Source of the DNA: a virus
Lineage: Duplodnaviria; Caudoviricetes
Length of the DNA: 64,000 nt
IMG/VR virus record: IMGVR_UViG_3300035505_000178
Direction: 5' to 3' (one strand)
The position numbers and the translations under genes are program-made. The notes beneath the pieces are model-generated. The model was given only the letters and a program-made list of their open reading frames with translations. It was not told where the DNA came from and did no database searches. Shown here piece by piece: positions 1-8,259 of this stretch; the first letter of the stretch is position 1, and each line of letters begins with the position of its first letter.

Positions 1-1
1 T

Positions 2-103
2 AAAGCTTTTTACAATGAAGACAAAAGTTGTACCTTTGAAAACATAAAAAATTACTTAGATGAATATAGCAGAACAAAAATTGAAGATGATAAGGAATCT
101 TGA
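2..103 (+). CDS. 3' end of an upstream hypothetical gene (partial)
   Basis: Open frame from the window edge, KAFYNEDKSCTFENIKNYLDEYSRTKIEDDKES-TGA, overlapping the next start as the other genes in this block do. Confidence 0.5.
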   Translation, partial: KAFYNEDKSCTFENIKNYLDEYSRTKIEDDKES

Positions 104-326
104 TGTTGATAATGATTTCTTACACTCTAAACACGGCAAAATTGAATTTAATGGTAAAGAGTATGTTGCTCTTTGCTTTCAGTCAGGGTTACCTTTAATC
201 TTACTAGACCTACCTGTTACTATTATTATAGAGCAGATAGACTGGGAAAACAATTTATTCAAAGTAGATAATTCATGGATTAGATTTAAATTTACACCTT
301 TATCTTTAATGACATTATGCAAGTAA
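87..326 (+). CDS. hypothetical protein (alternative start at 60)
   Basis: ORF 60..326; ATG at 87 gives the short overlap typical of this operon. Confidence 0.6.
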   Translation: MIRNLDVDNDFLHSKHGKIEFNGKEYVALCFQSGLPLILLDLPVTIIIEQIDWENNLFKVDNSWIRFKFTPLSLMTLCK

Positions 327-823
327 TTAACAAAAGTAACAATCCTCTTCCTAAGTATGAATCAGAGTTTGCAGCAGGTATGGACTTGAGAGCTAGTTTT
401 AAATATACTACTCCTGAGAATCCAATTAAGCTGTTTGGTGACGGAGAGATCATATTTGCAGGAGATAATCACGAGAAGACTCTTTTGAGACTCGAACCAG
501 GAAGTAGAGCAATTGTTCCAACAGATCTTTACATGGCAATTCCTGAAGGATTTTTTGGAGCTTTGTTTCCTAGAAGCGGTCTTTCAATTAAGAGAGGTCT
601 TGGTCTTACAAATTCTGTAGGAGTAATTGATTCAGATTATAGAGGAAACGTTGGTATTCCTGTAATTAATCATGGTCTTGAAACTCTTTGGATTGAGGAC
701 GGTGAGAGAATTGCACAGTTAATTATTCTTCCTTATGGCAAAATTAATCAGATTGAGGAAGTCACAGAACTTCCTGAAACTGTAAGAGGAGAAGGCGGAT
801 TCAATTCAACTGGAACGAAATGA
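317..823 (+). CDS. dut: dUTP diphosphatase (trimeric dUTPase)
   Basis: Motifs AGMDL, PRSGL, GVIDSDYRG, RIAQL, RGEGGFNSTG. Confidence 0.97.
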   Translation: MQVINKSNNPLPKYESEFAAGMDLRASFKYTTPENPIKLFGDGEIIFAGDNHEKTLLRLEPGSRAIVPTDLYMAIPEGFFGALFPRSGLSIKRGLGLTNSVGVIDSDYRGNVGIPVINHGLETLWIEDGERIAQLIILPYGKINQIEEVTELPETVRGEGGFNSTGTK

Positions 824-1131
824 TAAACAAAGACGAATTTCATAATCTAATCGGTCTTTATCAAGACATTGATAAGCAAATTGAAATTTGGAAAACTGCA
901 GGAGTGGACATCATAGAATGTCCACTCGTACAGAATTTCTGGAACATTTTTGATTTACTTCTTTATTCTAATTACAATCAAGAACAAGTTGATACTATTT
1001 ATTGGTGGTTGTTAGAAAAAAGCAATGATCCTGATATAAGAATGTGGGTAGATAAAAAAGAATATCCAATAGATACTGTGGATCAATTATTTAATTTTAT
1101 AAACGATGTACCTAGTAATAGTAACGGGTGA
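820..1131 (+). CDS. hypothetical protein
   Basis: ATGA overlap with dut; 103-aa ORF. Confidence 0.75.
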   Translation: MINKDEFHNLIGLYQDIDKQIEIWKTAGVDIIECPLVQNFWNIFDLLLYSNYNQEQVDTIYWWLLEKSNDPDIRMWVDKKEYPIDTVDQLFNFINDVPSNSNG

Positions 1132-1489
1132 TTTTAACGATGCTGACTATGTAGAATCTCATTATGTTTTAAATGATAAAGAATATGAGAGATTTCTAGA
1201 TAGTCTTGATTTGTTTTTAAGAATCACAAAGTTTGCAGCTAGACAAAGTAAAAAATATCATCATCAATCCGATGTAGTAAATCTTCTATATAAAGAGTTA
1301 AGAAGAAATATTCAACAAGAATTACTTTCTAGTTTTACAACTAATGCTAAAGAATTAGCTCTTAATTTCTGGGAAAATTATACTCCTTATTATGATGATG
1401 GAAAACCTCATACTATTGTAAAGGTAGAGGCTGTAGAATTTAATAATGAAATTAGTACTATATATACACATAAACGTATTGAAATATGA
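1106..1489 (+). CDS. hypothetical protein
   Basis: 127-aa ORF in the overlapping gene chain; GDFNDADY motif near the N-terminus. Confidence 0.75.
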   Translation: MYLVIVTGDFNDADYVESHYVLNDKEYERFLDSLDLFLRITKFAARQSKKYHHQSDVVNLLYKELRRNIQQELLSSFTTNAKELALNFWENYTPYYDDGKPHTIVKVEAVEFNNEISTIYTHKRIEI

Positions 1490-1848
1490 AAGAATGGATA
1501 TATTTGGAAAATGGTATAAATCTTGATGAAATATCATTAGATTATATCATATCTAATTTTAAAGATTATGGTATTGTAGAAGCAGAAGGATCTAAACATA
1601 ATAAAGATCTTGTTGATTATATATTGAAAGTTCTTAAAAATGCTCAGTTCATATTTTATAAGAGAGGTGAACAAGAAGTAGCTAAAGTAATATTTAGTAA
1701 AAAAGAGCATACTGCAGAGTCTGCTTTATATGCATATCTTTATACAAGAGAAAATCTTCTTAAAGAATATAAAAGAGTTGAACTACTTGAGTTCAAATCA
1801 GATACTATAGATGGTGTTTATTATGGAATGTTTATTGTTGATTTATGA
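1486..1848 (+). CDS. hypothetical protein
   Basis: ATGA overlaps at both ends. Confidence 0.75.
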   Translation: MKEWIYLENGINLDEISLDYIISNFKDYGIVEAEGSKHNKDLVDYILKVLKNAQFIFYKRGEQEVAKVIFSKKEHTAESALYAYLYTRENLLKEYKRVELLEFKSDTIDGVYYGMFIVDL

Positions 1849-3065
1849 TTAAATTTTTGTTGGGAAAAGCTTCTACAGGTAAATTCAGATATGCAGTAGT
1901 AGAGTGTGATGAGAAATGGAACGATGACGTTAAAGGATATATAATCCAAAGAAGTTACGGTCAAGTGAAAGGAAAGAATACTTTATCTCCTGCAATTATT
2001 GTAGATAAAACCAAACAAAAAAGAAATTGGAAAGAACAATATACTCTTCAATTTAATTCTGAAGTTAAGAAATTTCTTGACAAGGGCTATGTTGAAGTTG
2101 AAAAACATCCAAATGAACTTACTCATGATGAAATGGACCATGCGTTTGGAGATGTCAAGACAAATCAATATGGAGTAATTAAACCTCAGTTAGCTAAACA
2201 AGCTGATAAAGTTACTAATCGAAAGATCTTTGAAACTACATGGATGATTAGTAGAAAACTTGATGGAGTTAAATCTCTATTTTATCTTGGAGAGGATGGA
2301 GTAATCCATACAGCTTCAAGAGGAGGTGGTGATTACGATTGTTCAACTAATCACATTACTACATTCCAACCATTAGTAGATTTTTTCATGTCACATCCTA
2401 AAGTAGTATTAGACGGCGAATTATTCAAACGTAACAAAAGTCTCCAGCAGATTTCTGGAGCAGCACGAATGGAGAAGAATGCTTATGATTGTGATTGGTT
2501 ACAATATTGGATTTATGATTGTTATTTTCTAGATAATCCAGAATTGGATGCAGCTAGTAGACAGAATTTCCTTATAAAAGAACTTACTGTAGAGAGAACT
2601 ATTCCTTATTATGTATCAACAGAAATGGACGAAGTTGATTCTCCTGTATTTCTTTTAATGCAAGGTATTGTCGAAGGCTGGGATGAAATGAAAAAATTAC
2701 ACGATGTGTATGTTCAAGAAGGATTTGAAGGAGCAGTAATCAAAGATATGGATAAACCTTATAAACCAGGTTCTAGAGGTAATCAGCTTATAAAAATTAA
2801 GCAATATAAGTCTTCTGAATTTAAAGTTATAGGTTATGAACTTGGACTTAGAGGTTCAGAAGATATGACATTTATTCTTGAAACTGAGAATGGAGATACA
2901 TTTAAAGCTATGCCAGTTGGTGATAGAGAAACTAAATCTGAATACGTTAGAAACTTTAAAGAGAAGTATAACGGACATATGGCAGAATGTACCTACTTTA
3001 ATCTCTCGGATGATGGAATACCTACACAACCAAAATTAAGAATATTCAGATTTGATTTAGAGTAA
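1845..3065 (+). CDS. lig: ATP-dependent DNA ligase with N-terminal WGR-like domain
   Basis: Motif I RKLDGVK, III VLDGELF, IIIa YWIYD, IV EGFEGAVIK, V LIKIK, then a C-terminal OB domain. Confidence 0.93.
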   Translation: MIKFLLGKASTGKFRYAVVECDEKWNDDVKGYIIQRSYGQVKGKNTLSPAIIVDKTKQKRNWKEQYTLQFNSEVKKFLDKGYVEVEKHPNELTHDEMDHAFGDVKTNQYGVIKPQLAKQADKVTNRKIFETTWMISRKLDGVKSLFYLGEDGVIHTASRGGGDYDCSTNHITTFQPLVDFFMSHPKVVLDGELFKRNKSLQQISGAARMEKNAYDCDWLQYWIYDCYFLDNPELDAASRQNFLIKELTVERTIPYYVSTEMDEVDSPVFLLMQGIVEGWDEMKKLHDVYVQEGFEGAVIKDMDKPYKPGSRGNQLIKIKQYKSSEFKVIGYELGLRGSEDMTFILETENGDTFKAMPVGDRETKSEYVRNFKEKYNGHMAECTYFNLSDDGIPTQPKLRIFRFDLE

Positions 3066-3814
3066 TGAATTTAAGTGATAGAATGAAAGATTACTACGAA
3101 AACAGAGCTAAGACTAGTCTGCTTCGTAGAATGCCAGTCATTATAAGATTGGATGGAAAAGCATTTCATACATTTACTAAAGGATTTGTAAGACCTTTTG
3201 ATAAAATTTTATCAGAAGCAATGCAATTAACAATGAAGTATTTATGTGAACAAATACAAGGATGTGTTCTGGGATATACACAATCTGATGAAATTACATT
3301 AGTACTTGTTGATTATAAAACTTTAAAATCTGAAATGTGGTTTGATGGAGAAGTACAAAAAATCTGTAGTACTTCTGCTTCACTCGCGACAATGTACTTT
3401 AATAAAATATTTAGAAAACTTGTTAACTCTAGTGATGCGAATGTTCATCAAAAATACATATATCAAGCAGCATTAGATAGAGGAGCGATGTTTGATTCTA
3501 GATGTTTTAATATACCTAAAGAAGAAGTTACTAATTGCTTTTTGTGGCGACAAAGAGATGCAATTAGAAATAGTATTCAAATGGTAGGACAAACGTATTT
3601 CCATCATTATCAATTAGAAGGTAAATCTTGTGAACAGATTGTTAATGATTTAATTGTTTATAATGATATTAAATGGGAAGATTTTCCTATTATGTATCAA
3701 AGGGGATCGTGTTGTATTAAAGAAGATGATGGTTGGAAGATTGATAAAGAAATTCCAATATTTGTACAAGATGGACGACAATACATTGAAAAATTAATAA
3801 ACTATGAAGTTTAA
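3065..3814 (+). CDS. tRNA-His guanylyltransferase Thg1-like protein (3'-5' polymerase family)
   Basis: RLDGKAFHTFT, YTQSDEI, FDSR, WRQRDAIRNS motifs. Confidence 0.93.
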   Translation: MNLSDRMKDYYENRAKTSLLRRMPVIIRLDGKAFHTFTKGFVRPFDKILSEAMQLTMKYLCEQIQGCVLGYTQSDEITLVLVDYKTLKSEMWFDGEVQKICSTSASLATMYFNKIFRKLVNSSDANVHQKYIYQAALDRGAMFDSRCFNIPKEEVTNCFLWRQRDAIRNSIQMVGQTYFHHYQLEGKSCEQIVNDLIVYNDIKWEDFPIMYQRGSCCIKEDDGWKIDKEIPIFVQDGRQYIEKLINYEV

Positions 3815-4349
3815 AGGAACTATTGTAATTACTGACCCTTGTTATATTATTCCTGATGATAATAAAGAAGATTGGGATAAATGTGATTATGGAGAAAACA
3901 TGGAAGCTCTAGGAATATATAATTACTTTGTTCAAAGTACTATATATGGAGACTGGGGATGTGCAACTTATAATTGTGGTGATAATAATCCTACGTTAAT
4001 GGTAGATATCCTTGCCAATATTGTTAACTTCCTGTATGAAAAGTATAATGGATATTCAGAAGACGAAGAGAATAAGTGGAACGAACTTACAAAAGCTTTC
4101 GGAATTGATAAATTTGAGATTATTGGTAAGTTTGCAGCTGACTCTGGACAAGTAGGAGTATTTTTGCTTTCAGAAATATTGGAATATAATCCAGATTTTA
4201 ATAAATTCATAGAGGAAGTTCCTTGGTGTGTTACAGTAATTGAGAATTTTAATGGGGATGTAAATTATCATATAGATGATGATAATCACGCTCACATTGT
4301 TGGAACAGGTAAGGATTATAACTTTTATACTCGACAGACTAATGGATGA
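3804..4349 (+). CDS. hypothetical protein (TDPCY ... DSGQ family, DUF4241-like)
   Basis: 181-aa ORF with ITDPCY, YGDWG and ADSGQVGVF motifs. Confidence 0.7.
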   Translation: MKFKGTIVITDPCYIIPDDNKEDWDKCDYGENMEALGIYNYFVQSTIYGDWGCATYNCGDNNPTLMVDILANIVNFLYEKYNGYSEDEENKWNELTKAFGIDKFEIIGKFAADSGQVGVFLLSEILEYNPDFNKFIEEVPWCVTVIENFNGDVNYHIDDDNHAHIVGTGKDYNFYTRQTNG

Positions 4350-4470
4350 TTTTGAAAATTATATGGATAATTACGGTAATTACGTTGATTATTACGATTA
4401 TTGTATAGACCATAATTTGGATCCAGAAGATGAATTGTCTAAAATTGATTATATGGAATCTAATGGATAA
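4342..4470 (+). CDS. small acidic hypothetical protein
   Basis: MDDFENYMDNY... start overlaps the previous stop; lies within ORF 4276..4470. Confidence 0.55.
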   Translation: MDDFENYMDNYGNYVDYYDYCIDHNLDPEDELSKIDYMESNG

Positions 4471-4672
4471 ATACATTTGGTTGTTCAAACATCTTATAAA
4501 GAATGGTCCACAACCAACTAAAAAAGTATATTGGATATATTTACCTAAAAAAGATGCTGATATGCTACGAGAAAAATTTGAAGTAGTAAGTCATAGAACT
4601 CTTCCTAAAGGAGCTAAAGTTGATGTAATATCAGCACTTGATAATTATTTTGTATTAAATGACTCGAATTAA
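4463..4672 (+). CDS. hypothetical protein
   Basis: MDKYIWLFKH... within ORF 4430..4672; overlapping start. Confidence 0.6.
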   Translation: MDKYIWLFKHLIKNGPQPTKKVYWIYLPKKDADMLREKFEVVSHRTLPKGAKVDVISALDNYFVLNDSN

Positions 4673-4832
4673 TTTGAACATTAGTAATGTGATTAATGGT
4701 CACGTAGATATAGACGAAATTGATTTCTTAGCTTTTGCTGATAAATCAAAGTCTTATGAACAAAATATAGTAGATTACATTTTAAAATTTTATCCTGATA
4801 AAATAATCAATGACAATGCCTACTCGATTTAA
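4659..4832 (+). CDS. small hypothetical protein (57 aa, absent from the ORF track)
   Basis: ATG..TAA, MTRINLNISNVINGHVDIDE..., fills the gap and overlaps both neighbours. Confidence 0.6.
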   Translation: MTRINLNISNVINGHVDIDEIDFLAFADKSKSYEQNIVDYILKFYPDKIINDNAYSI

Positions 4833-5097
4833 ACTCGGATTATTTACTATTACTGTTAGATTCGTTGAAAAGCTTGATGATAATAGTTTTGGAAGTTTTA
4901 GTGAAGCTGATAATGTTATAACAATTGCTAAAACAGTTGAATGCGAAGATAGAGTTATTACTCTTGCTCAAGATCAACTGGATAATACATTTTGGCATGA
5001 AGTATTTCACGCATTTCAATTCTATTATAACAATGAATTTATAGAATCTCAGGCACAAGTGTATGCTAACTTTATGTGTCAATTAATGAATGAGTGA
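4810..5097 (+). CDS. small zincin-like (HExxH) metallopeptidase
   Basis: TFWHEVFH followed by a downstream E (ESQAQ). Confidence 0.7.
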   Translation: MTMPTRFKLGLFTITVRFVEKLDDNSFGSFSEADNVITIAKTVECEDRVITLAQDQLDNTFWHEVFHAFQFYYNNEFIESQAQVYANFMCQLMNE

Positions 5098-5515
5098 TAA
5101 TTTACTAGTAATGTGGTGGAAAAGTAGAAAATACTTTAAACCACCACATATACATATAAACATTTCCTGGCTTCCTCTAACTAAATTTTGTTGGTGTATA
5201 TTCGATGGATGGAAATACAAATACGGATACTATCAATGGGTAGAGGATCCAGTAATATACTTAAAATTTTGTGATAAGTTTAAAATCAAGATTCGATTTA
5301 ATTGGATCAAAGATGATGATGACTATCAACAAATTTTAAGAAGTAGATCAACATGGGAAGCGATAATACAATATTATTCTGGAAAGCCTATTGAGAAAGT
5401 AGTATTAACTGGACAATGGGAAGGAGCAGAAGGTTTATATTGTACTCTATATGAAAATTTAACTAAGAAAGGAAAACAAATTTATGACGAAAGAAATTCT
5501 AGACAGAATGGTTGA
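5090..5515 (+). CDS. Trp-rich hypothetical protein, paralog 1 of 3
   Basis: WWKSRKYFKPP, WKYKY and LTKKG blocks shared with 13078..13689 and 13673..14218. Confidence 0.75.
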   Translation: MSDNLLVMWWKSRKYFKPPHIHINISWLPLTKFCWCIFDGWKYKYGYYQWVEDPVIYLKFCDKFKIKIRFNWIKDDDDYQQILRSRSTWEAIIQYYSGKPIEKVVLTGQWEGAEGLYCTLYENLTKKGKQIYDERNSRQNG

Positions 5516-5699
5516 GGAGTTTACAAATCTTAAAGAGAAGATTGAGAAACTCCGTTCATTTTTGTTAGATGATGAAAAGACTAAAGATGTTGACAATTTA
5601 AATAAAGATCTGTTAATTGGACAGTTGAAGGCTATGGAAGCATATCTTTCAATCTTGTCAATTCGAATTGGAATTAACTCTTCTAAAGTAAGTGAGTAA
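5484..5699 (+). CDS. small helical-hairpin phage protein (crAss001_48-like)
   Basis: Pattern DRM..E...L.EK..KL..FL ... LL..QL.AM..Y..IL..RI. Confidence 0.7.
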   Translation: MTKEILDRMVEEFTNLKEKIEKLRSFLLDDEKTKDVDNLNKDLLIGQLKAMEAYLSILSIRIGINSSKVSE

Positions 5700-6540
5700 A
5701 CAAATAATCTTTACAGATACTTCAGATTCTGTACTTGCTAAATATCTTAAAGATGTTTCTAAATATAAACTTATTAGTGCTGAAGAAACTAATAGTTTAA
5801 TTAAGAAAGCTCAACAAGGAGATGAACAAGCAAAAAATAAAGTTGTAAATTCAAATCTTAGATTCTGTATTACTATAGCCAAGAAATATCAAAATAGAGG
5901 AATACCTCTAATGGATTTGATCTCTAGTGCAAACGAAGGATTAATAAAGGCTGTATATAAGTACGATGAAGAAAAAGGTTCGAGCTTTTTATCATATTCT
6001 TTATGGTGGATTAAGCAATGTATTTATAACAATATTTATAGTTACGGAAAGAGTATAAGATTACCAGTATCTCAAAGATTATTAGTCATTAAAATTACAG
6101 ATGCTACATCTAAATTTGTAAGTGAACATCAAAGAAATCCTAGTCCTAAAGAGATCTCTGAAATAACAAATATTCCTGAAAAAGATATTGACTTCTTAGC
6201 TCAATATTCTAATAAGGAAGTATCAGTAGATGATTATATCGGAGGTGACGAAGAAAATAATCAAGTATGTGATGTTATTCCAGATAAAAGTGTTTCTCTT
6301 GAAGATGATTTAGATTCTCAATTTAAAACTAAAGGAATATTAGATATTCTGGATAAGTTAGATATTAGAGAAAGGGATGTACTTTGTATGACTTTTGGAA
6401 TAGGAATGGATCCTGTTGATCCTAAATTAATATGTGAAATGTATGGTTTAGGAGGAGAAAGAATCAGACAAATTAAAGAGAAAGCATTGGGAAAACTAAG
6501 GAAGCATTATGCTTCTAATATAAAATCTTTATTGTGTTAA
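5692..6540 (+). CDS. sigma-70 family RNA polymerase sigma factor (RpoD/RpoS-like)
   Basis: Region 1.2 YLKDVSKY, region 2 NLRFCITIAKKY...DLISSANEGLIKA...FLSYSLWWIKQ, IRLP, region 4 ERIRQIKEKALGKLR. Confidence 0.93.
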   Translation: MSKQIIFTDTSDSVLAKYLKDVSKYKLISAEETNSLIKKAQQGDEQAKNKVVNSNLRFCITIAKKYQNRGIPLMDLISSANEGLIKAVYKYDEEKGSSFLSYSLWWIKQCIYNNIYSYGKSIRLPVSQRLLVIKITDATSKFVSEHQRNPSPKEISEITNIPEKDIDFLAQYSNKEVSVDDYIGGDEENNQVCDVIPDKSVSLEDDLDSQFKTKGILDILDKLDIRERDVLCMTFGIGMDPVDPKLICEMYGLGGERIRQIKEKALGKLRKHYASNIKSLLC

Positions 6541-6866
6541 ATCAAGATTTATTTGAAGATCCTAAAGATGTAACGATTGCTAGATTAAAAACAGCAATCA
6601 ATGCGTTTAAAAAGTATGACGAAAAACGTAAGAAATATTATCAATCACTTGCTATAAAAGTAGGTGAGTTAGAGTCATACGTCGAAGAAATGTCAGATAC
6701 TCAAAAAATTCATAAACATTGTATGAATCAGAGAGTTCAACTCCATAATCTTCAAGAAAAGGTAGATAAATTAACTAATCAGCTTGATGAATTGAATAAG
6801 AAATATCTTGCTGTTGTAGATGAAAATAAAAACCTTATAGCTAAAATCAATGAGCAGAACGTATAA
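6534..6866 (+). CDS. coiled-coil hypothetical protein
   Basis: Heptad-like L/K/E-rich 110-aa ORF overlapping the sigma stop. Confidence 0.7.
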   Translation: MLNQDLFEDPKDVTIARLKTAINAFKKYDEKRKKYYQSLAIKVGELESYVEEMSDTQKIHKHCMNQRVQLHNLQEKVDKLTNQLDELNKKYLAVVDENKNLIAKINEQNV

Positions 6867-7074
6867 TGAACATCATCCTAGCTCTCATTCTAAAAAGAAT
6901 AGAGTTCCTGTTCCATATCTTGAGGATGGAGTACCAAGAGGTAAACGTAAGATGAAACCTTATGGTGTAAAATCCAGTGACGAGAAATATTATAAGAAAT
7001 GGGGAGAAATAAAAGGAGATGTCATAAATAAAAGTCTTGCCAGACGATGGGATGACGATGAAGATTATTATTAA
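6850..7074 (+). CDS. small basic hypothetical protein
   Basis: MSRTY..., 74 aa, followed by a terminator. Confidence 0.7.
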   Translation: MSRTYNEHHPSSHSKKNRVPVPYLEDGVPRGKRKMKPYGVKSSDEKYYKKWGEIKGDVINKSLARRWDDDEDYY

Positions 7075-7080
7075 CAATAT

Positions 7081-7108
7081 AAGTCCTCGTAGCAATACGG
7101 GGACTTTT
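7081..7108 (+). terminator. intrinsic terminator
   Basis: AAGTCCTCGTA-GCAA-TACGGGGACTT-TT hairpin with a GNRA loop just after the stop. Confidence 0.75.
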
Positions 7109-7122
7109 AATTATGAATTTTG

Positions 7123-7359
7123 ATGAAAGTAAAACTAGTAAAGGATGTAAAGGTTACTTGTTGGACAAGAGAGTGGGTAACAGTTGAGGCAAATAGTGTC
7201 GAAGAGGCTAAACAAAAAGCTCTTAAAGATGAAAACTGTGATTCTACAGATTTTGAAGTATTATATGATACTATAGAACCAACAGGTGATCCTATTGAAA
7301 TTTATCATCAGAAAGAACAAATAAAATTCAATCAAGATGACGAAGACACTGACGATTAA
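7123..7359 (+). CDS. small hypothetical protein (VEA.S.EEA motif)
   Basis: VTVEANSVEEAKQKA motif common in small phage proteins. Confidence 0.7.
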   Translation: MKVKLVKDVKVTCWTREWVTVEANSVEEAKQKALKDENCDSTDFEVLYDTIEPTGDPIEIYHQKEQIKFNQDDEDTDD

Positions 7360-7573
7360 AATTGAGGACGAAGATTATAAGGCTATAATCGAAGACATCA
7401 TCTATAGTTTGTATGGAAATGACACTATAGAAGAACAAATAGATGTTGCTATTGAAGATTTATTTGATAACAATTATCATGGAGAAATAGATACTTCTAT
7501 TATTAAACGAGATGTTGCTTTAAGAATAATTGATGATTTAACAAAAAAATGTCTCTTAAAAAATTCATTGTAA
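7337..7573 (+). CDS. small acidic hypothetical protein
   Basis: 78-aa ORF in the overlapping chain. Confidence 0.7.
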   Translation: MTKTLTIKIEDEDYKAIIEDIIYSLYGNDTIEEQIDVAIEDLFDNNYHGEIDTSIIKRDVALRIIDDLTKKCLLKNSL

Positions 7574-7851
7574 CTACCGATACTGAGTATGCTGGAACTA
7601 AATGTGAATATAAAGTAGAAGCAGAATCAGTAGATGATTTTTCTTGTGATGCTGAATCACAAGCATATGATAACTTCCTTGATTTCGGATGTGATACAGA
7701 TGTATTTGATGAATTAGGAGTAGATCAAGATGATTGTACTCAAGAAGAATATGAATCAGTTGAACAATCTTTTGTAGATTATTATAGCTGGTCATATCAT
7801 GAGTATAATCCAGATAAAGATGGTGATTGGGATGATTATGAAGATTTATAA
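7549..7851 (+). CDS. highly acidic hypothetical protein
   Basis: About 31 D/E versus 5 K and no R in 100 aa. Confidence 0.75.
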   Translation: MSLKKFIVTTDTEYAGTKCEYKVEAESVDDFSCDAESQAYDNFLDFGCDTDVFDELGVDQDDCTQEEYESVEQSFVDYYSWSYHEYNPDKDGDWDDYEDL

Positions 7852-7854
7852 ATT

Positions 7855-8259
7855 ATGGGATGGTCTTTAAATATATACGGAATTGATAAAGAAACTGACA
7901 AGAATATTTTTATTGTTGATATAAATAGAAATTCTGAACTTTATAGTCAGTTTCAAGATAGAATAAGTTTGAAGTTTCCAAGTGATGATGGTACTGATCT
8001 TAATCTTGTAGAATTAGATACAGATTTAATGAATATCATTATTGCAGATATTAATAATCAAATTTATAATTCAACAGCACGTTTAAATGAATATGAGAAA
8101 CGAGCAGGGCTTGATATAGTTGAAGATATTATTAGTATGAAAGATTATATTGATGAACTTAAATTTGCAGAAGCTCAAGCGTATATGATCTTATACATGG
8201 TTCAAGCTATAGAATTTGGGTATTCAGGATTTAAAAGTATTAAATGTAATATATCATGA
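7855..8259 (+). CDS. hypothetical protein
   Basis: 134-aa ORF; ATGA overlap with the polymerase start. Confidence 0.75.
   Translation: MGWSLNIYGIDKETDKNIFIVDINRNSELYSQFQDRISLKFPSDDGTDLNLVELDTDLMNIIIADINNQIYNSTARLNEYEKRAGLDIVEDIISMKDYIDELKFAEAQAYMILYMVQAIEFGYSGFKSIKCNIS

Noticed and set aside
31-38. TACCTTTG, a perfect Bacteroidota -7 box
   Set aside because: Lies inside an apparent coding frame and has no properly spaced TTTG -33 element
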